The position numbers were made by a program, and so were the translations under genes. A stretch of DNA of 64,000 nt, taken from the NCBI RefSeq assembly GCF_009914755.1, contig NC_060934.1; one strand, 5' to 3'. Shown one piece after another: positions 59,419 through 64,000 of this stretch (positions are counted from its first letter, which is position 1; the number at the start of each line of letters is the position of its first letter). The notes below the pieces were generated by a model. The model had not been told where the DNA came from, searched no databases, and saw nothing but the letters and a program-made list of their open reading frames with translations. This stretch comes from the human T2T-CHM13v2.0 reference genome, Homo sapiens.

Positions 59419-62172
59419 ACTTCTCTTCATATCTTTATTTCCACTGGGTATGGTCAAATAATTAGTCAAAATAATGACATTTATTTGAATGAGCTGTGCC
59501 AATATTCTTCTGTGTTGACCATCACTTTACCAATTACTAATGGGAGTATACATACTCTAAATCCCCTCTTTGCCTTGGGAATTATAACCTTGACTGCAGT
59601 CACTTGTGGATCTTCCACTGAAAACCAGAATAATAGGGTTTGCAGAGTTCATGCCTCTGATGGTATGAGCTATATGCAATATTTCATACAGTTAATCCAG
59701 CAAATTACATGCATTGTATAATGTGGTTCTAATGTCAACTTTCCATCCCTCTTCCCCAAGGATTGGCAGAAATGCCTCTGACCTTCTCTCATGTGTCCTC
59801 ATCTTTCCATGTTATTTATGGCCTTCATTATTCATTGGTCCCTGTCCCAAGACATTCTATTTCTCATGTTTCTTTGTGTCAAGAGGGATATTTCATTTTG
59901 ATTAGGTTTATTCTATAGAAAATTCTCACCTTCTATCGTTGTTCAAAGTACATGCTTTCAGTAGAGGGCTTAACTGGCTTTCCTAAATTCAACTTTTATA
60001 GCATTCTTTGATATAAGAACATGAGGAATATTGGTCCTCTTTCAACACATGCTGTATAGTAAGAAAGCCATAACCACCAGTTACAAGAGCAATAGCCTCC
60101 CTCTCCTGCTCTGCACATTCTCTGACTTCTGCTATCTGAGTGATATTATCAATGTGTGGTATGTGTGTGCTACGGGGTCTAGAATTCCTGCATTTTTGTA
60201 AGGGATAGAACAAATTCTAGGTTTACTAGCACCTGAACCCCTTGCAAATACTTTCATTGACACTCGATGTGGGTTTCACAGAGGTGTTCTGTACATAGGG
60301 AGGGCCCAGGTTAAGAGTATGACTGTGCACATCTATCTGCATTATTGCTTCACATGGAAATGTAGCCTGGAAATTATAATCACATTTCTGGACCAGTTCA
60401 CAGAATCTCTGTTCATATAAAAGCATGAAATAGACTCATTGACTTTTTCTTTTAATAGTCAGTACAGTTAGTGAAATATGACTTGTCACTTACTACTAAT
60501 CAAATATGAGGGTTTCAAAGTTTCTGTGACTCCAGAAAAAATGTGCTTATGCCTAATTTATAACCAGTTCCAGAAAAGTAAATGACATTCCATAGATCAA
60601 ATACAAGATAGTCAAACTAGGATACATTAACATCACACTTAATTATATTTTTTAAATCACATGAAGCAATAAATTGAGATGGATTTGTAATTAGAGAGAA
60701 GCAGAGAAATTTTAGGCAACTGAAAAGACATTTATCATCACAAATGCAATTTTCTAACAAATAATACTGATTACTTCCATTATAGAAGCAGCCAGAATCT
60801 GACAATGAAAAGAAATGTTTCATAAACCCCTTTTTTAAAAGATGCTGAAATTCCGTATAATTCTTTCTACCTTCAACTGGATGGAAAACTGAACTCTTAC
60901 TGTCATATGAAATACTCTTTACCACTCTTCTGTAGACATCACTTCTCATTTCTTGGAATGTGGACAAATTTCATAAGCATATCTCCAGGGTATTTTGTTG
61001 CTTTGGGTCAAAATTCATTTCATGGCTTTTGAAGAATGCTGAATTAAATAAACTGTAGAAGTAGAGTTCCTTAGCACAGAGATAATTTGTAACACAGAGG
61101 TAATTTTATAAGAAGGAATCATGACAGTAAAACATCGTACCACTGTGCTGTTTTAATGTAGCATCTAAAATGACTTGACTTGAATTTAGGAGGCAGCCCA
61201 TGCAAAAGAGAGAACCCAAACAATTTTTTCTCCTGAAGATAATATGGAGTGGATGTTTATTAAAAGTGATACAGAGGTCTAGTGGTCACTGTCATCCATC
61301 TGGAATGTAGGCATAATCAGAAATGAACTAGTGCCAGGCAGAACTAGATCTTTCTGTGGTTGATCCATATCTTTGTGCTTTTCAGTGTTGCTCAAGGTTA
61401 AGATGAATTTCTGATCATTACCATATGTTTCATTTCCAGGACCAACTAGGGTTTCTAAACTTCATCCTTTCTTTTGCCTAGACTAATTATTATCTTCCCA
61501 AATATACAACTAGTGTTACATTCTATAATTTTGGATACAACTGAACCAAAACAAAACTGTCTACTGTCTCAGCTCACTGAAGGCACACTTATCTCAAGTA
61601 TTTAAGATGTGTGAGAGGAATGAGAAAATGGCAAACTTTCTAAGGGATATGAAAATGCCTTTGGTTTTTCCTTGGAAAAAGAAGAAGAAAAAGCATATAT
61701 CATGCTTTGGTTTAAAATGTATTGTTACAGCAGGTGAATTGGATGTATCTTGTAGTGAACATTGAGGCCTAACCTACAAAAATATTTAGGATTTTTCATT
61801 ATTCAACCTATTTATAAGCAAAACAGAGCAACCTGTTAAAAAATATATACCTAAATTCCTCCAGTGAGACTTAGGTGTCAGCAAGGCAATAAAAAGTCAC
61901 CCCTTTTTCTGATGTAAAAATATTGGAAAGTAATCCATGAGAAGCAGCTCTGATTTTGACTGCCTTTCAAGTTGGCAGAGAAGGGCGCTTTAAGGGAGCT
62001 CTGAGCCTTATTCATGAACGAGATGTATATAGAGTCCTTGGAGTTTGCACAGCTATTTGAGACCTGACTTCACCAATATTAGAACTGTTTGTTCTAATAA
62101 ATAGTTGAAGATGGAATTCCATCAACCGTCTCTTTTTTAAAGTTAGAGAGTCTCTAACACCGCCCCAAAAAA

Positions 62173-62220
<48 letters not shown>

Positions 62221-62228
62221 ATCTATCT
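62173..62228. repeat. (TATC)12 tetranucleotide STR plus a degenerate tail
   Basis: 12 perfect units at 62173-62220. Confidence 0.95.
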
Positions 62229-62794
62229 GTGTATCTAATCTATCTATGTGTATTATTATATGTAGGAAATATTTAAGACTTTGGAATAGGCAAAAGAGAC
62301 TACTGGGCATTCTTTCACTGGAATGCTCTGAAGTAGAGTCTTGGGACTTATCTGTCCTATAGAGATGTGCACTTTTGCCTTTGCTAGACTATGATCCAAC
62401 TCTGTAGAGAAAGACATTAACTTGTAGAAAATTGATGGTAATAGGGATATTTTCTCTTCTTTGCTATGCAAATGATTCCTTTTCAGTAGAGAATATAAAT
62501 CTCTATATAAATATTAGAGATTATTTGTTTTCTCATTAACGTGTCAATTTCTGACATGTTCTTTTTATATTTACATGAGTCATAATTTATATTTTTAAAA
62601 AATTATTCTTTAGCAGCATTCAATAAAGGATATCTTTTCCTTTTTAGGGTTAAAATGATTCTGGATAATGAGCAATGATGTCAGTAGGAATAGAATTGTT
62701 TGGTACTACCTGTGTAACATAAAACCAGAAATAGTTGGGGGATGAGGCAGGGCTGAGAGTATTGTGATATTGGGGGCAAAAAGCCAGTTTTGTG

Positions 62795-62796
<2 letters not shown>

Positions 62797-62830
<34 letters not shown>
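62797..62830. repeat. (AC)17 microsatellite
   Basis: Read directly from the sequence. Confidence 0.95.
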
Positions 62831-62832
<2 letters not shown>

Positions 62833-63395
62833 ATAGCAGGACATTACATATATTTATGGGGTGGAGAAGAGATAGAGAGAGGTCATTTCATTTTCTGAAA
62901 CTTTCCCCTTGCCTTTTATTTGATTCTTGACTTAATATTTCTAACACACAACATTATTTGTTTTCCCTTTTTCCTAGAATACATTTCACAGAATGCCTGC
63001 AATTTATACAGCAGCTATACTTATTTTGGCATACTGTCAGTTTTATTTCTTTCAAAATAAAATTTCAAAATACTTTGTCAGTTAAAAATTTCTGGGCCAC
63101 ATCCTGGAGAGTCTTGGCAATGCCACTAGTGAACACAGGCAGGGTTAAATGCCACTTTATCTCAGCACCACAGATGAACATTGATGGTGACAAGTTACCT
63201 TATTAATTAGAGCCCCACGCTTTGTTCTGACTGGGTGGGTGAACAATAATGCAACAAGAGCTTTAACAAATAAACTCACTGCAGGTCTCAGGAGTCACCA
63301 TGGCACAGTCATCACTTTTTATATATTTTCATTTGTAATGATTTCTACTGGCTAATGCCCAAATAAAGGACAAACAAAAAAAAAATTAAAATCTG

Positions 63396-63620
63396 GGCTG
63401 GGCGTGGTGGTTAATGCCTGTAATTTTAGCACTTTGGGAGGCCAAGTGGGAGAATTGCTTGAAGCCAGGAGTTTAAGACCAGCATCTGGAACAAAAAAAG
63501 ACCTTATCTCTACAAAAAAAGAAAAAAAAAATTAGCTGCATGCAGTGGCATGCACCTGTAGTCCTCAGCTACTTGGGAGGCTGAGGCGGGAAGATCACTT
63601 GAGCCCAAGAGGTGAATGCT
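63396..63620 (+). mobile_element. AluJ, 3'-truncated
   Basis: AluJ-type 'ttgcttgaagccaggagttt' and 'gatcacttgagcccaagagg'; the right arm ends at a (TA)n run. Confidence 0.85.
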
Positions 63621-63640
63621 AATTATATATATATATATAT

Positions 63641-64000
63641 AAAATGGTTAATACTGAGTGTTAACTTGATTGATTGAAGGATACAAACTATTGATCCTAT
63701 GTGTGTTTGTGAGGGTGTTGCCAAAAGATATTAACATTTGAGTTAGTGGGCTGAGAAAGGCAGACCCACCCTTAATCTGGGTGGGCACAATCTAATTAGC
63801 TGCCAGCACAGCTAGAATATGAGCAGGCAAAAAAATGTGAAAAGAGAGACTGGCCTAGCTTCCCAGCCTACATCTTTCTCCTGTGATGGATGCTTCCTGC
63901 CCTCGAACATTGGACTCCAAGTTCTTCAGTTCTGGAACTCAGACTGCCTCTCCTTGCTCCACAGCCTGGAGACAGTTTATTGTGAGACCTTTTGATCATG
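63641..64000 (+). mobile_element. MLT2A (HERV-L LTR), runs off the window end
   Basis: 'atggttaatactgagtgttaacttgatt...gagggtgttgccaaaag...ggcagacccacccttaatctgg'. Confidence 0.88.

Noticed and set aside
60617-60967. 116-aa minus-strand ORF in unique sequence as a host exon
   Set aside because: Non-ATG start, no recognisable domain and no convincing splice context; the length is compatible with chance

Overview
Primate, very probably human, non-coding genomic DNA (intergenic or deep intronic) dominated by transposable elements. I recognise no host protein-coding exon, and the long ORFs in the track all derive from LINE-1. Main contents: (1) a pro/pol-deleted ERV1-class provirus (2722-7612) with two LTRs, a tRNA-Gly primer-binding site, gag and env remnants, and an AluY in its 5' LTR; (2) a Tc2/Kanga-like DNA transposon holding nested insertions (10278-13207); (3) a full-length but inactivated L1PA2/3 (21025-27055, minus) with an open antisense ORF0; (4) a tailless 7SK retropseudogene; (5) a 5'-inverted (twin-primed) L1PA4/5; (6) many Alu, MIR, L2, MaLR and DNA-transposon relics. 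The most unusual object is an L1PB fragment fused to an inverted copy of 5S rRNA nt 1-42 inside one perfect 15-bp TSD pair (45842-46556). Its geometry suggests twin priming on two different RNAs. I see no evidence of a new gene system; the findings concern retrotransposition mechanism and candidate regulatory elements. Subfamily names come from remembered consensus sequences and need confirmation with Dfam/RepeatMasker.
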